A program made the position numbers and the translations under genes. From contig OZ231126.1 of assembly GCA_965153355.1 (NCBI GenBank), positions 47,988,001 to 48,052,000 on the forward strand: a stretch of DNA of 64,000 nucleotides, given 5' to 3'. Numbering within the stretch: position 1 is the stretch's first letter; each line of letters begins with the position of its first letter. A model generated the notes under the pieces. It did no database searches and was not told the DNA's origin. It worked only from the letters and a program-made list of their open reading frames with translations. This stretch comes from Flaccisagitta enflata. Lineage: Eukaryota. This document shows, one piece after another, positions 26,701-40,639 of the stretch.

Positions 26701-27754
26701 ACCTAAGAGACGGACAGACATACATTTCTAACATTCTGCCCCATTTTTGGAATTTCACGAATTCAAAATCCGACACCTGTTTCCAGTCGGGGAAACCCTA
26801 CTAAAAAACGATACTATTCGTTAAAAAAAATTTACATAGACACAACCCCTGCCCCTCCTCCATCAGCTTATACATCCCCACCTAACTATCAACAGATCGA
26901 CGACTGCACGAATGGTGATTCCGGTCCGGAAAGGATCCACCACCAGCAAATTTGCAACGATCAATGACGACGCGGATGGAGACGAGGCGGCGACGAGGAG
27001 GTTGAGGCGCCCGTTCTGGAAAGTTAAAGGGAAGGGGGGGGATGAACTGGTCTAGGAGCACCTAAGCCTGGGATTTGACTTGAGAGTGGAAAATGATAAG
27101 TAGGGGCATACTTAAAACATGTCATACTAAAGTATTCGTAATAATGACTAAAAAGACAATGTCTAAAACAAACACAACAAAAATGTACATGTTCCAAAGA
27201 ACCAAACAAAACAAGACAAAATTAAATAAATTACTAACTATATAATAAAAACGAATCTGTTAAATGAAAGAAAAATTAGTAAGCATCATGGAACGACCAC
27301 ATCACCTGCGCCTTCTCCATTACAGAGACGAGCGGGTCATTCCGGCTCCAACATCTCGTCAACTCGTGGGCGAAAGGCGATGAGTGATGTCGTCGACGGC
27401 GACCGCATCGAAAGGCGCAGGTGGTGCAGCCGTCTGAGAGTGAATCCTCCCGAAGGGAAGAAAAAGAAAGAAAGAACAGGGGCAGATTGATTAGTGTTCT
27501 TATCGACACAGATTCAAATTTACAACAAAACTCAACCTCAACCTTCCCAAACCATGATACTTACGCGGGCGTTTACCGCTTGGCCCCGGGCGGACGTCAT
27601 TCCCACGCCCCGGGTAGCGCCCCCGACTTGGCCGGCCTGTCCATCGATGGGATGAGGATGTGATGGTGGAATACGATCCTCAGCGAATGGCGGCGCTCTC
27701 CACGCCATGTTGCAAATTAGGTAGTTAAATTGAACAGCAACTGGGCGCAACCAA

Positions 27755-29397
27755 TCAGCGTTTAGCTGGCGGTCTGATTTTTCCAAGGCCTGGTTCGATT
27801 TTTCTTATTCCCAGGCTTGGGAGCGTCTTTTTGCGACGGGATCTGCTGACCGACTTTTTCTGCTGGAGAAGACGCAGGAGGTGGAGATGCTGCATCGCAA
27901 TTCGGCGCCAGTCGAAATTTCGGACGTACAGCGGACGCAGTTTTAAGTCGACGGCCATAGCCGCTTTTACGCTCCACCGCTTCCTCTTCTTCTTAGCCTT
28001 CATCGCACAGGCCTGCTTCTCCTTTTCAAGCTGCTTCTCCAGTTCCACGACTCGCTTATTGCCTTTGACCACCTCATTGTCCGCAGCCATTGCTGCTCGA
28101 CGAGCATCGTCTCTCTCCTTTTGGATGTTGCGACGAATCCTCTCGTCTAAGACTTGACGAGCCGCTCAACTCGTTGACGCGGCGGAAGACGCGAAGAAGT
28201 CTTTTGGAAGCCTTGATGCTAAATTCTTCACCACCCCAATGGAGCATTTGAGGTCAGTAAAGAGGCTTCTCGTAGCAATGACTCGGCGATGTGGTGTCCA
28301 TGCGCAGGATCAAAGGCTGGATCCGATGGGGGAGGCGGGTTTTGCACTTGCTGCAGACCTTGGGCAGACTCAGCTTACTGACGAGGCGCTACACCAGCTT
28401 TAACAGATGCTGAAGCACCGCCAACTAGTTCGCTTCCTACCGCTGCTTTTGATGGCTGCGAGTGAAAGGAAGACGCTCCCGTCTGCTGACCAGAGACTTG
28501 AGGTTTACCAAGGACGTACACCGCAAGTAGAACCTCCCTTGGTTGCTGCTTTCGGTGCTTCTTCCAGCTCTCTTGGTCTTCTTCCCCTTTGCTGCCGCTG
28601 CCCCAGGCGCCTGATTCTGCTTCTGGGTTGCTGCCAACGTTGCCAGCTTGACAACCGCTGAAGCTTCCCTTCCTTGGCCTTTGGGCTGCATTGTTGCAGG
28701 GGGCGCGCGAGGCGCTTGAAGGGGGCCTTTGCTTTTGGAATTTGGCCCTTTTGTTACCCGCACATTGCGCGCTTTGTGAGTTCTTTCCCACGGATCTCTT
28801 CGACTGTTGTGAGGGAGTGACGTCACGAGGACCCTGTTGCTGCTGATTTAGGGGATGAACCAACTTGTGGCGCCATTGACGACTTCCTGATGCTGTAGAG
28901 TGAATTGCCGCTGATGTAGCTGAGGCTGCGTCAAGCACGAATACCGCTGCAGGAGTTGATGAAGCGTCGACGGAAGCTGCACCAGGAGGCTTCTGAGCCG
29001 CATTCTTCCTCTTCGTCGCCTGGACCATGCGACGAACCTCCTTATCATGCTCCCTCCTTCTTATTGCTTCTGGGATTTGCGCTCCAGAGTCTCCCAGAGC
29101 TGCTCTGCTCTTTTGATTAGCCGATGAGCGCATGAGAGTTTGTTTGTTGCAGCACACCGAAAGTTTTTCAAACTCTTTGAAGAGGAGAGATACTACGACG
29201 TCCGGGCTGATGATACGACACCACCAACGCGCCTGCATCCGTTGGTGTTTCTCTTCCGGCGTCGCAGTGTCCATTTCCGGGTCAATGTCCTTCTCCACCA
29301 CCTCCCCATTCACCAACACCTCCTCCTCTATTTCCATCCCCTCCTCCTCCACTCTTGCTCCATCATTGACCACTCTCTCTCTCTTCGCCCCCGCCAT
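27755..29397 (-). CDS. Extra ORF(s) of family B downstream of integrase (acidic N-terminus, K/E-rich segment), unknown function
   Basis: Sense-strand ORFs 29397-28375 (340 aa) and 28090-27755 lie in the ~3.4 kb between integrase end and 3' LTR. Confidence 0.5.
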
Positions 29398-30203
29398 GCT
29401 GACGTGTGCAGCTGCAGACGCTTGATCACGAGACGCTGGGCCCCATCAAATCAATACAGACCTGGCAGCGATGGGGGCAAATCCATAACGACGACCGCCA
29501 CGGAAGTGGTGGATAAGTCCGTCGGCGGCTGATTGATCGAGATCCGCCTCGAACCTCCATCTCTGATGACCACCAACGAGGAAGACGCGGGACTGAACGG
29601 CGCGGATGGCTGTTGACGATTTACCAACGCATCATCTTGTTGACGCTTTTTATTCGCCATTTTGCGTCTACGATGAAACCAAGGTCGCCATTGAAGGCTG
29701 CCAACGCGACAGCCACCTCCTCCGCCCCAAACGACGTCGCGGATGCAGATCCCTCTCGAGTCGAGACATCGCTGAAGAGTCGGTGAAGATCCAAGGATCC
29801 GTACGACGTTACACGTCGGCTTCTGCCTCGAGACGCTGCTGACGGGACATCTTGACTCCGACGAGCGACTACAAGATGCGAACTGACTTCGTAGATGGAA
29901 TGACGTCGTCAGCGGAAGCTTTGAAATGTTCGGGTAGAAGAACTGATAAAGGTAAGAACGGATTTGGTACAACAATATGTGCATATATACAGAGCTAATG
30001 AATCAGTGTTTTTGATGTGTAAGTGGAAATGGACAACATAATTGATAAGAGGAAAGATGAAAGCATGGATAATCAGAACCAAATATGAATAATGACAACT
30101 CTCTGTAAATATAATAAGTCAGAGTATCAACCACTCATATCTATAGTTACTAATGGATAGGCCCATGCGTTTTTCTCTCTCTCTCTCAAAACTTAGCGTT
30201 TTT

Positions 30204-33200
30204 TTAAGAAAAATGTCCAATTCCAGCCGCACAAGCTTCGTGCGGTCTTTCGTCACGATCTTTCCATCTTGGCGCTGGATGTGAGCCCTCCGGACATGGG
30301 CTGATGAACCCTCGACGCCCATGACACGTCCTAAGCTCCACCAGACGCAGGTAGTGCTTGTCCATGACGATGACCATGTCATCAACCGCAGTTCTCTCAT
30401 CCACCATTTGCTTCGCGCATGAAGAAGCTTATAAATATTCGACCCTCCACGATTTCCAAAATGCATCCACACGCGATTGCGCACGCCTCCATTGAATTTT
30501 CGGAGCTAGCGCCAGAACGACGCCTGAGCACCAGATCCAGAGGGTGGCTGGATGTTGATGGATTGAGGATATGATTCGGGGTAAGGGCCTCAGAGTTTGA
30601 CGTGGATCATCGCTGAGCGCTGTTAGATAGGACGCACAGAATTTTCAACTTCGAATGACGGCAGTGTTGGGAAGGCGTCGACGGGAGGATGCGCCAGTGC
30701 TGAGATGGAAGCAAGATGGCGCTTAAAGAGAGCTACGATTCTCTCCCACACCCCTCCATAGTGGGGTGTTCTCGGCGTGATAAAATCCCACCGAAGGCCG
30801 CGCCGCCACCGGGAGTTGACGACGCTGTTCCAAGCTCATTTTCTTGAGGATATTGTTATGCCGACTAGATTCGCCTCCACAATCTGATGTGAAACGGCGG
30901 ATTCCTGGCGCCCGTAAAGTTGATGGGATTGCATTTACCATCGCATCGGCTGACATGTTGAAGAGCACTATGGACGGCGCCGTGACACAAAAAACAGGTG
31001 AACACTCAGCATCCACACCTTGTGATCAGCACGCTCTGCTCATTTTTACCATGAAATGGCCCCATGACGCTTCAATCCAGTTCCCTACAGTAAAGACAGG
31101 CTACCGGATTGACGCGATTTGATGAAGATGCCATTTGTTGATTTGCGTTCTTTTTAAAGTTCTTCTGGCATCTAAAGCACGTGTTGACGACGCTCTTGAC
31201 GGCCTGAAGACCTTTTGTAATCCACACAATTGGCGTACCAGCACAATGTGCTTTGCACCCACGTGAAAATCATTGTGATGATAACGATGAGTCAATGATT
31301 TCACATTCTCATCTTTTTACGGCAGGATAAAGGGAAATTTAGCGTCGAGAGAGATGTCGGCATTCTCCAATCGACTGCCGACGCGAAGGATACCGTCGTC
31401 GTCGACGAAAGGGTTCAACTTCCGCATCTCCTTGCTCTTTATGATAAAGTCACGACGGCTCTCTGGCTTGAACAAGACTTTTCCCATTCCAATTAAGTTC
31501 AAGATCACAGAACATGTTTCGCTACTGACTTGACGAGCCGCTTGCGCGCTCCTCCAACACGTCTGGTGTCACTTCCGGTTTAGGAAGAAGATCCTTTGTT
31601 GCTCGTGTCTTCGCCCTTGGATACGCTCTCCACCTTTTGACTGCGATGAGAACCATGCCGATGATCCGCACCTTGTGCATCCATTTTCCCCGAGAAGCTG
31701 CTGCAAGAAGTATCGCGTCAGCCACTTGTTTCTTTTCACTCTCAGTCAAAGATAGGCAAGAGCGGCGACTCTGTAGCAGAAATAGGCAACACGCTTGCCA
31801 TGTCTGCCTTTAGCCATTGATTCCGGAAGACGCAAAATGCAGGGCCTTTGATGGAATTGGACGATTTTTCGGCTTCATAAATAAATGTTCTGGTTACAGT
31901 GGTCCGCCGGTTGTTTGACGAGCGTCAACCCAGCGCTACTGTTGAGGACTTCAGACCACTTGAGGATCTTGGAGATGAACGAAGAATACAGGCCTTGCTG
32001 CTTGGATTAGAATCATATTCAGTGCAGATTCAGAATCGGACCAAAATCTGACGACGAGATTGTCCAAGTTGATGGTCCTTCCGACGAAGCGTTTGAGCTG
32101 TACTGCTTTTTCTGCGGATACACCGACGCTGCACGCTGTTGTGATGAGGCACGTTTTGATTTGAGAGGAATGACGTGAGATTTGGAGGCGAAATGAATGA
32201 AATGTGAACATCTCCATCTCGGTTGACTTGACGCCGATATGCAACTGCTCCATATCCGCCCTTTGGAGCTGCATCGCAAAATAACTCGATTGTTACTTCC
32301 GCAATGTCGCTATTGTCAACCCCGCCATTCCACCAGCGTTCAATCTTTCGATATTGTTGTAGAAGAGGCCAAGATGAAGGATAGCGGAAGAAAGATTCCT
32401 CAACGCTCTCTCTTCCAAGGGCTAATCCCATCCCATCCTGTGGACGACAGAGCTGAAGATGACGTCTGCGATGTATGCAAGCTTGACTCCAAAAACCCAA
32501 TGGATCGTAAAGTTTCGCTTGCATAGAGACCAATTGACGAGGTGTTTTGCTTCTAAGAGTTTTGAATTCTTCTGCCGCAGATGAAAATAAAGACGTCTTT
32601 CCGTCGAGGCTATGAGATTTTCAACACCTTCTGCCAAGGCATCATCTCATGACAGAAATGGGGATTGGCAATACTTGGGATCTCCATCCATCAATTGCCG
32701 CATTGCTCTTCCACTGCTGTCCATCCCCTTCCGCCATCGCTGCCACTGAATCCACCTTAGTTGTGAAAGCTATTGACCAATTCCCCACCTCACTCCGTCG
32801 CGAACGTAAAACCATAGGCGAATAAGATCAGACGTTGTAGGGGATACTTGGGCCGGATTACTTCAGCATGCTTCCTGACGGTGAAAGATGTGACGAATGA
32901 GCTTGATTGGCTGCCGAAGACGTAGGGATATAGAAACAGATTCAAAATTGCTTCTAAGAGTGTCCTTGGAACCAAAAGACCCAATAAACGCCGCCAGGAT
33001 GGACGCGGCTCAGGGAAAAACGCCTATATCACACATAAAGGCGATTTCGTACTGATCAAAACGCACGCGATATCCAACGTTATTCACCTCCGACGAGCAA
33101 ATCATTGAGTGAGATCCCGTCGGTCGCCGCACGCGCATCGTGACATACAAGCGTTTTGCCTCGCAATTCAACAATATGAAGCGGCAAGTACCAGTTCGGC

Positions 33201-34174
33201 TTCTCAATGCCGTCGTCGTCGTCGACGTTGTCAATCTCAATCGCCACTCCCGTCTGGTGAAACTTCTCGTTCTCACGGAAGACTCTTTCTTTGAAGGCTG
33301 GATCACGCCTGCTGGAAATCGCTGCCACACGGAGTCGTTCATCGCAGTCGGTCGTGATTTCACTCTTTTCAGAATCTCCATGATTTTTTCATGATGAAAT
33401 TTCCATGTGACAGGAGCAAAGTACTTTTTCGCAACTGGGCAAAAATATGTCTTTTCCTCTAACGCTTTTGGTACGCTTCGACATTTTAGGAATCACCCAT
33501 CTCCTCTAAGTAGACATTGATGATGCAAAGTCATGCAGAAGATGCGGTCATGCCACAGCGGAGGACGCTATTGTCGGTGATATCGGCGAGCGGTCATGAG
33601 ACGCTATCATCCGTCATGATACGCGATCACGAAGACCCGCCCTTCTTTTGCCCGTTTTTTACATACAGCCCAACCCGGTCAGATTCGAAGCAAGTCAGAT
33701 CCTGAAGGCTCCTCGACGGATTTCTGCTGACGGGCGTGCATCGCATGCGCCGCCCGATGATCATCATCATACCGCCTTCAGCTTCTGGAAATTTTACGCC
33801 TCTGACGTGAGGTTGGTCGGATAGGTCGCGGAGAAAAGGAGGAATGTCGCGAACACTCGCTAACAAATCACCCACCAATGCGTCGCTGATGTCGACGACG
33901 CATTCCTCGTCGACCGATTGCATAGTGAATGATGCGATGAAATGATCCTCAACAACATGACTTCCCACAGTAATCAATGTCATTTGTACTGTTTTTGTTG
34001 GAATCAGAAGATCATAATGACGCTGGTACTCACCACGCTAGTGATCAGCGCCATTTATCATAGCATATATCGTCCTTCTGCACCCGAAGAATTGTTTAAG
34101 ATAGTCACTGAACGACTCGGACGGACAACGCCATCTAATGAAGAGACTGACCGCGACGTTGCTGGCGCCGCCAG
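30204..34174 (-). pseudogene. Frameshifted Bel/Pao pol of family B
   Basis: [86 protein letters not shown]. Confidence 0.88.
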
Positions 34175-37100
34175 TCAAGCCGTGGCGTTAGGAGAGATGA
34201 TTTCCGTCGGATTGGCTGCCTCCGTAGTCGACGGAGCTGCTGGTGCTACTGCGGCCGCATCCTCTGACTTTTGGAATGGAGCAAGTGGTTTTTTATTTCC
34301 CTGCTTGTTTTCTCCCTTCTTCTCTTCCTTTTCTTCTTTCTTGTAGGTGCGCCCGTGGAGAATCGTCGCATGCCGCTTCTTGCAGGTTTGGCAAGTCGGT
34401 CTGTTCGCACGCATCCTTGGCGTTGTGTCCTGGCGTGAGACAGTGGAAGCAAAGATGACGAGACATGATCTTTTGAACTCTCATGTCCACTTCCAACTCT
34501 AATAGTTGATGACAGTTTTCCGTTTGATGCATTCCACTGCAGATGTTGCAGCGGTCCGTCGACTGCGTTCTTTTGCTTGCCATTGGTCAAAGCATCTTCA
34601 TATGACGATATGCTTCTTTCTGTAGTTACACTGCTGCCACTGATGCTGTCTTGCAGCTTGCGCCTTTGTTGCGCTGAATCACCGCCCATGTCTCGATCAT
34701 ATTGACCAAGTTGTCGAATGAAACAATTGTCCATTTAGGCTGCTTCATGTTGCTTTTCCCAGAATTTATCTGCAAGATGAGGGACCCTCTTGTTGAGGAT
34801 CTCCTGCAGCAGTTTGTCATTATAGCATTGTTGCACTTCTCCACAGGTCCTCGTAATCTTCTTTGCTCCTTGCAACCTTGCTGACAAATTGAAATGCCTT
34901 GCATGGTCGGGCTTCCATCGATCTTTCGCTCGATGATTCGCTGGGAACAGCGCCGCACGCAGCGCCCACATAAAGACGACAGCCCATTTGCGATGCCAAT
35001 CTCCTTGCTGTCGCTCAGTTGTGACCAATAATCGTCGCAGTTTCATCGATCTCTTTGCGACCAGCAAACCACTTAGGTAATTCCAATAAGATGTCCATTT
35101 GCGTCAAGCCTTCATGCTTTTCAGCATCTTAAACTTCCTTCTTCTGGCACATCATAAAGCTGTGTGGATGAAAGCCTCCTAAGAGGCTTCTCAGGTCTTG
35201 CTCTCTCCAACGCTTTGAGGCCTAATTCCTCCCTGTTCGCACGTAGACTGGCTGTACGCCGGCTTCTTCCAAAACTCGTCCAGAGCCGATTGCTGGGGCA
35301 TTCGAACGGACTGGGGTTGACGGGCTACTTGATGATGCTCCACTTGATGATACGCTGGGAGTTGTTGAGAAAACGCGTATTGACCTCCGACTTTCACCGG
35401 AGATCTCTTTTTGGTGGTTTTAACGCCCCACCCCACTTCCTCTTGCTGATTCACTTGTTGTTGACGATCATCTTGAGGGAATCGGGGATCATCGTAATCA
35501 TGACGGACGTATTGTCGCTGTTGTTGTTCCTCTTGACGTTGTTTTTCTTCTGCTCACACTGCAGCAAGGTCAAAGTCTCTCTGTTGAATATGCATTTTCA
35601 AACCATTCACTTCCCGCTGCAAACGCGATTCTGCTGATGACCTCCGCTTGAGGCGTTACTAGAGGCGCTTGCGCTACTTGCTTCTTCTGGCTGCAATCCA
35701 TTCATATCTCTTTAGAGCCGACCTTTCTTTCTTTCTTATCTTGCAGCTGCCAGGTTAACTGCCAGCGGCCTCCTGCTTCTGCCTCCTGCGCATCGCTTCC
35801 GCCGCATCACCTCCGCTTCCGGCTGTGTTGAAGACCTTTTCCTCTTGATGGGGAAAACCAGTCTCTCTTCTAGCAGAACCAATCTGCTCGAAGATCACTT
35901 CCAAAAGCGGTAGGAGAATCGTTGCTGCTGGGGGGGGCTGATGATGCTGATCCTGATGCTGTTGCTGTTGCTGAAGCTGTTGCTGCTGCCACTGTTGATG
36001 CTGAAGTTGCTGTTGCTGGTCTGGACGCTGTTGTTGTTCATTCTGCCGCGGCAGTTGACGCTGACGTTGTCCTTGCTGCCGCTGCTGCTCGACTGTTGCT
36101 GCCGCATCGGCTGCTTGACGGACGCTTCCACTGACTGCACATGACGTTGCTGTATATTCAATGCACAATCCCGGATTGAAGTTTCGGAAGATAGATCGAC
36201 GGTCTTTTGGCGGATGCTGCGGCTGCTGCTGTCCCAGCTCAGACAGTTGCCTAAGCTTCACATCCCGCTGCTCTAAAGCCCCACCAATGCCGCCGTCGCC
36301 CAGGCTATTCCCATGCTTTCATTGCATTTCTGCCGCATTGTTGAATATTCCCGCCTTCTATCTTCGTATCGTTGCTGCTGCTGCCTAAAGTTACACATTC
36401 TGTCGTAGAATTCTTTGTCTTCTTGTGATGAGCTTCGCCATGGGAATCCCAATGGCACCGCGATCGGCGCCTTTTGGGCTGTTGCTGCACCACCACCTTC
36501 ACCTTCACAGGCCATCGCAGCCGCTGATCTGCAAGGTTGCTGCTCTCTCTCTTCTTCTGTCTCCTCACTGACGCTTCGCGCTCGGCAAGATGGTCATTTC
36601 TGAAGCTGAGGATTCACCACCACCGCTTGCTGGGATCAGCGCGGAGGTTGCTGTTGCTGCTGCCGTTGCTGTTGCGTATTTTCCCCTGCATCGCTGTTGC
36701 TGTTGTTGTTGTTGTTGCTGCCGTTAAGCGCTGCTGGATCGCGGTTGTTGTTGTTGTTGCGCTTGTTGGGCCAGGGCGCCGCTGCAGACCTGATGTTGCT
36801 GCTGATCTGCTGAAAAAATTGTTGGAGTTGCTGCAACTGTTGCCAAGCGCAACAGCCCTTGCTGCTGCCATGAGCTGTCGTTTGCTGCTGCTCCTGTGGT
36901 CGGTGGAGTTGACGTTGCTGCTGGAGCTGCTGCTGCTGCATCTGCAATTGATGCTGCTGCTGCTCCTGCAGTTGCTGTCGCTTTTCCTCCTCCTGTTGAA
37001 GCTAAGGCATATCAAGAATCAGCCGACGGCCTTGTCGCATTTCCTCCTCCAACTGCCTTCCATCTGTCTCTCTCATAGCACTCCTAAGCTGATTTGCTGC

Positions 37101-37930
37101 CGTCATTCTCTCCTGCGTGTCAATCCGTTGATAGATCCTGCGTCTTGGTGAGCGTCAAGGTTGCCGAGATCCGCAAGCATGTCGTCAGCTTGCTCCATTG
37201 GAGACGCACGCGCAGGTTCAATTTCCGAGACCAAATCTGATACCCATTGATTGACGGCATCTCCTCTTTGGATCGGCGGCAGATTTAAAAATTGGCCGCC
37301 AGTTGGAGATTGCGCACCATGTCGCCGGGCCGGAAGTGGTAGATACTCGGATCCGTCGGGCTTAAGACGTCGCATCCTTGGTTGGAGCGCCGGTAACATT
37401 GTCGGCGAGTGTCGTTGGGAGACTGTTCCATGAGAATTACGACGGGTCTTTTTGCGATTCCTCAATGTCGTTGTGCACTGCGTTCACGATGTCGGCGTTG
37501 GAAGGAAAACCTCTGGGATAGTTTTCACGATCAAAGAAACGCATGGAGTCCCATTCGCGCCGGATTCGACGCAAAGAAGACGCCGCGAATCGAAGAGGGT
37601 CGCCGGGCATCGAGTCGAGCGCCATTTGCCTTGCATACGATATGAAGTCGTAGACCATGTCCCGAAGGCCGTGTCGAGCGCCATCCGATTCAGGCGGCGT
37701 CGCCGAAGTTGCTCTTGGTGCAAGTAGAAACGCGCGAAAGGCGCCGGCATCCTTCCATTTCCGCAGTGATGTCGTTCCTCATTGCGCGCAAACGATTCGA
37801 CCTCGGACACTGATTCAAACCGAAGCGAGATACACGATGACGTTGAAGCGGTCGAGACGGTGTCGTGCTACGCGCAGGCTGCCATTGTCCAATTTTCGCT
37901 TTCGGAGGTCGAAGATGAAAAGAATCGAGT
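34175..37930 (-). pseudogene. Frameshifted Q-rich gag of family B
   Basis: Three Cys/His knuckles CNICSGMHQTENC, CFHCLTPGHNAKDAC, CQTCKKRHATILH before the stop at 34175-34177; start position approximate. Confidence 0.8.
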
Positions 37931-40639
37931 CGTTTTAAATTGTTGAAATATAAATTACGCCCACGAGTTTCAACTGGCACTGTCTATGAGCGTCTATCTG
38001 ACTGACGACTTGTGGTGAAAGAAAGTTGGCCGATTGGAAAATAGGAAGATCGTCTCGTTTATTCCATAAAAATTTCAACAACTGAAGAGAGGGGGAAAAT
38101 GAAAGGAAAGTATGCGTTAATTGTGATCAGCAAACGCAAAAGATAACATGAAATCGAGATAGGACACAATAAAGGACAGAAACAGCACATGACAACATGT
38201 TCATCTTCTTCAGAGCCCATGCCACCTGATAATACCTGCCCCTGCCCCGGCCCATCCCATTAAATTCATCCATATCATCCCTATAGCAAGCTGATCGGAC
38301 AAGCGATAAAACCATACTAAAATCCGGCATAAAATGCAAAGGGCAAAAGACAAAATAACAGACCGGAAGACAAGATAAAAACAACGTTAATAAAAGCAGA
38401 AACGCGTCTATAAAACTTACTTTTAGGCCCACTTTCGTTGGTTTCAACCCACAGTCTGTCGATGTCAAATTAACGTTAATTGTCCGTTCATTAGTTTATC
38501 TGCAATAAAAAGATGAGAGATTATTGAAATTAGTGAATTCCAAGGGCGCATTCAAACGATCATAAAAATCAATCAATCACTCTAAGAAGCGATGCCGTAA
38601 ATAAATAAAATCAATCAATCCAAAAATTGGATGATACGAAAGACGAGTTACGTATATCTGCCTACGTAGTAAAAACAAATGGCACAAAATCAAGGCGCAA
38701 CCATATGGTTACCCATCTAGCGTTTAATATAAAAAATGGCAAGAAACAAAAGACACGGGCATCGAATAGTAGAGAAAGAGAAAAAGCCAAAAGCACGCAA
38801 AAGAGACAGAAGGCACACACACCTAAGAGACGGACAGACATACATTTCTAACAACACATATGGGAGATTTTCTCCTTCTTCTCCTCCTCCTTCTTCTTCA
38901 ACACACCCCTCCCCTCCCCCCAGCCACGAGGCCCATATCTCAGCCTCAAGGCCCATATCCCAGCCTCGAGGCCCAAATCCTAGTCTTGAGGCTCAAATCC
39001 CAACCTCCAGGCCTAAATCCCAGTCTTGAAGCCCAAATTCCTTGAGGCTGGAATTTGGGCCTTGGGGTGGGGATTTAGGCCTGGAGGTTGGGATTTTAGT
39101 CTCAAGACTAGGATTTGGGCTTTGATTTTTAATTGCGTATACATTGTCATGGCATCACTTCTTAACGGAACGAGTGACATTTTGCTTGATTTTCATGATG
39201 TGTGCCCTTGGAATTTCATGTCTTTCATAAGTCTCTCATCTCTTTTTACTTCAGAGACATATGAACGGACATCTGACCTTGATGATGATTATGACGCCGG
39301 TGGGGAACCACAGAAATTGGGCCTAAAGTAAGTTTTATCATTTTAGTGTTTTAGTGTTTTATCGTTGTTTTTGTCCTCTGGCTTTTTATTGTTTTATTGT
39401 CTGTTTTTATTGTTTTATCGTCTGTTCTTATCGTCTGTCCGGTCAACTGATTATTGGGGTGACATGGGTGAATTTAGTGGGATGGGCAGGGCGGGGGCAG
39501 TGTACTGATCTGGCTTCATGGCCTCTGCATAAGATGTACATGTTGTTATTGGCTGTTTCTGTTCATTGTCTATCCTGATCTCATGTTGTTTTCATGAATT
39601 GGTTGACCAATATTCATGCCCAATTTCCTTTTCTTTTTGTCCCCCTCTCAGATTGTTGAAATTTGTCCTGAAGAACAAGACCATCGTCAAGCCATTTTCC
39701 AATCTACGCCTAATTTCCTTTGCGTCTACCATCGTCAGACAGTCAGAGATTTCTACAAGACAAAGCTATCCCAGAGTCGAAACTAACGTTTACGTGGGCT
39801 AAATATAATGTCCCTCCGTGTCATATTGTGTCCCTCCGTGTCCCTCCGTGTCCCTCTGTGTCCCTCCATGTCTCTATAAGAAGGCCCGTCCATCCGTCCA
39901 TCAAGCCCGCCCGTCCCTCCATGTCCCTCCGTGTCCCTCCTTGTCCCTCCGTGTCCCTCTGTGTCCCTCCATGTCACTAAAAGAGGGCCTGTCTGTCCGT
40001 CCGTTGGGCCTGCCCGTCCCTCCGTGTCCTTCCGTGTCCTTCGTGTCTCTATAAGAGGGCCCGTCCAACCATCCGTCGGGCCCTCAGTGTTCCTCTGTGT
40101 CCCTCCGTTCCCTCTATGTCCCTCTGTGTCCCTCCGTGTCCCTCGGTGTCCCTCCATGTCCCTCCGTGTCCCTCCGTGTCCCTCTGTGTCTCTATAAGAG
40201 GGCCCATCCGTCCATTCATTGGGCCTGCCCGTCCCTCCATGTCCCTCCCTGTCCCTTTGTGTCCCTCTGTGTTCTTCCCTGTCCCTCCATCTCCCTCCAG
40301 GTCCCTCCGTGTCCCTCCGTGTCTCTATAAGAGGGCCCGTCCGTCCGTCCATTGGGCCCGCCCATCCCTCCGTGTTCCTCCATGTCCCTCTGTGTCCCTC
40401 TGTGTCCCTCCGTGTCCCTCTGTGTCCCTCTGTGTCCCTCTGTGTCCCTCCATGTCTCTAATAGATGGCCCGTCCGTCCGTCCTGCCCGCCCATCCCTCC
40501 CTGTCCCTCCGTGTCCCTCCTTGTCTCTATAAGAGGGCCTGTCCATCTGTCCATCGGGCCCGCCCGTCCCTCTGTGTCCCTCTGTGTGGAATATCGTTGA
40601 TATTTTGTCATTTTTGGCGCCTTTGTACTGCGATCTATT

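Larger units (their letters stand above)
25830..38853 (-). mobile_element. Bel/Pao LTR retrotransposon family B, full length (~13 kb), heavily frameshifted
   Basis: LTRs 37941-38853 and 25830-26733 (latter lacks terminal tgttgaaa); TSD acaca at 25825-25829 and 38854-38858; PPT tggggcagaa next to the 3' LTR. Confidence 0.9.

Noticed and set aside
35755-37151. PolyQ/polyL ORFs as independent genes
   Set aside because: Fragments and antisense shadows of the frameshifted family B gag.
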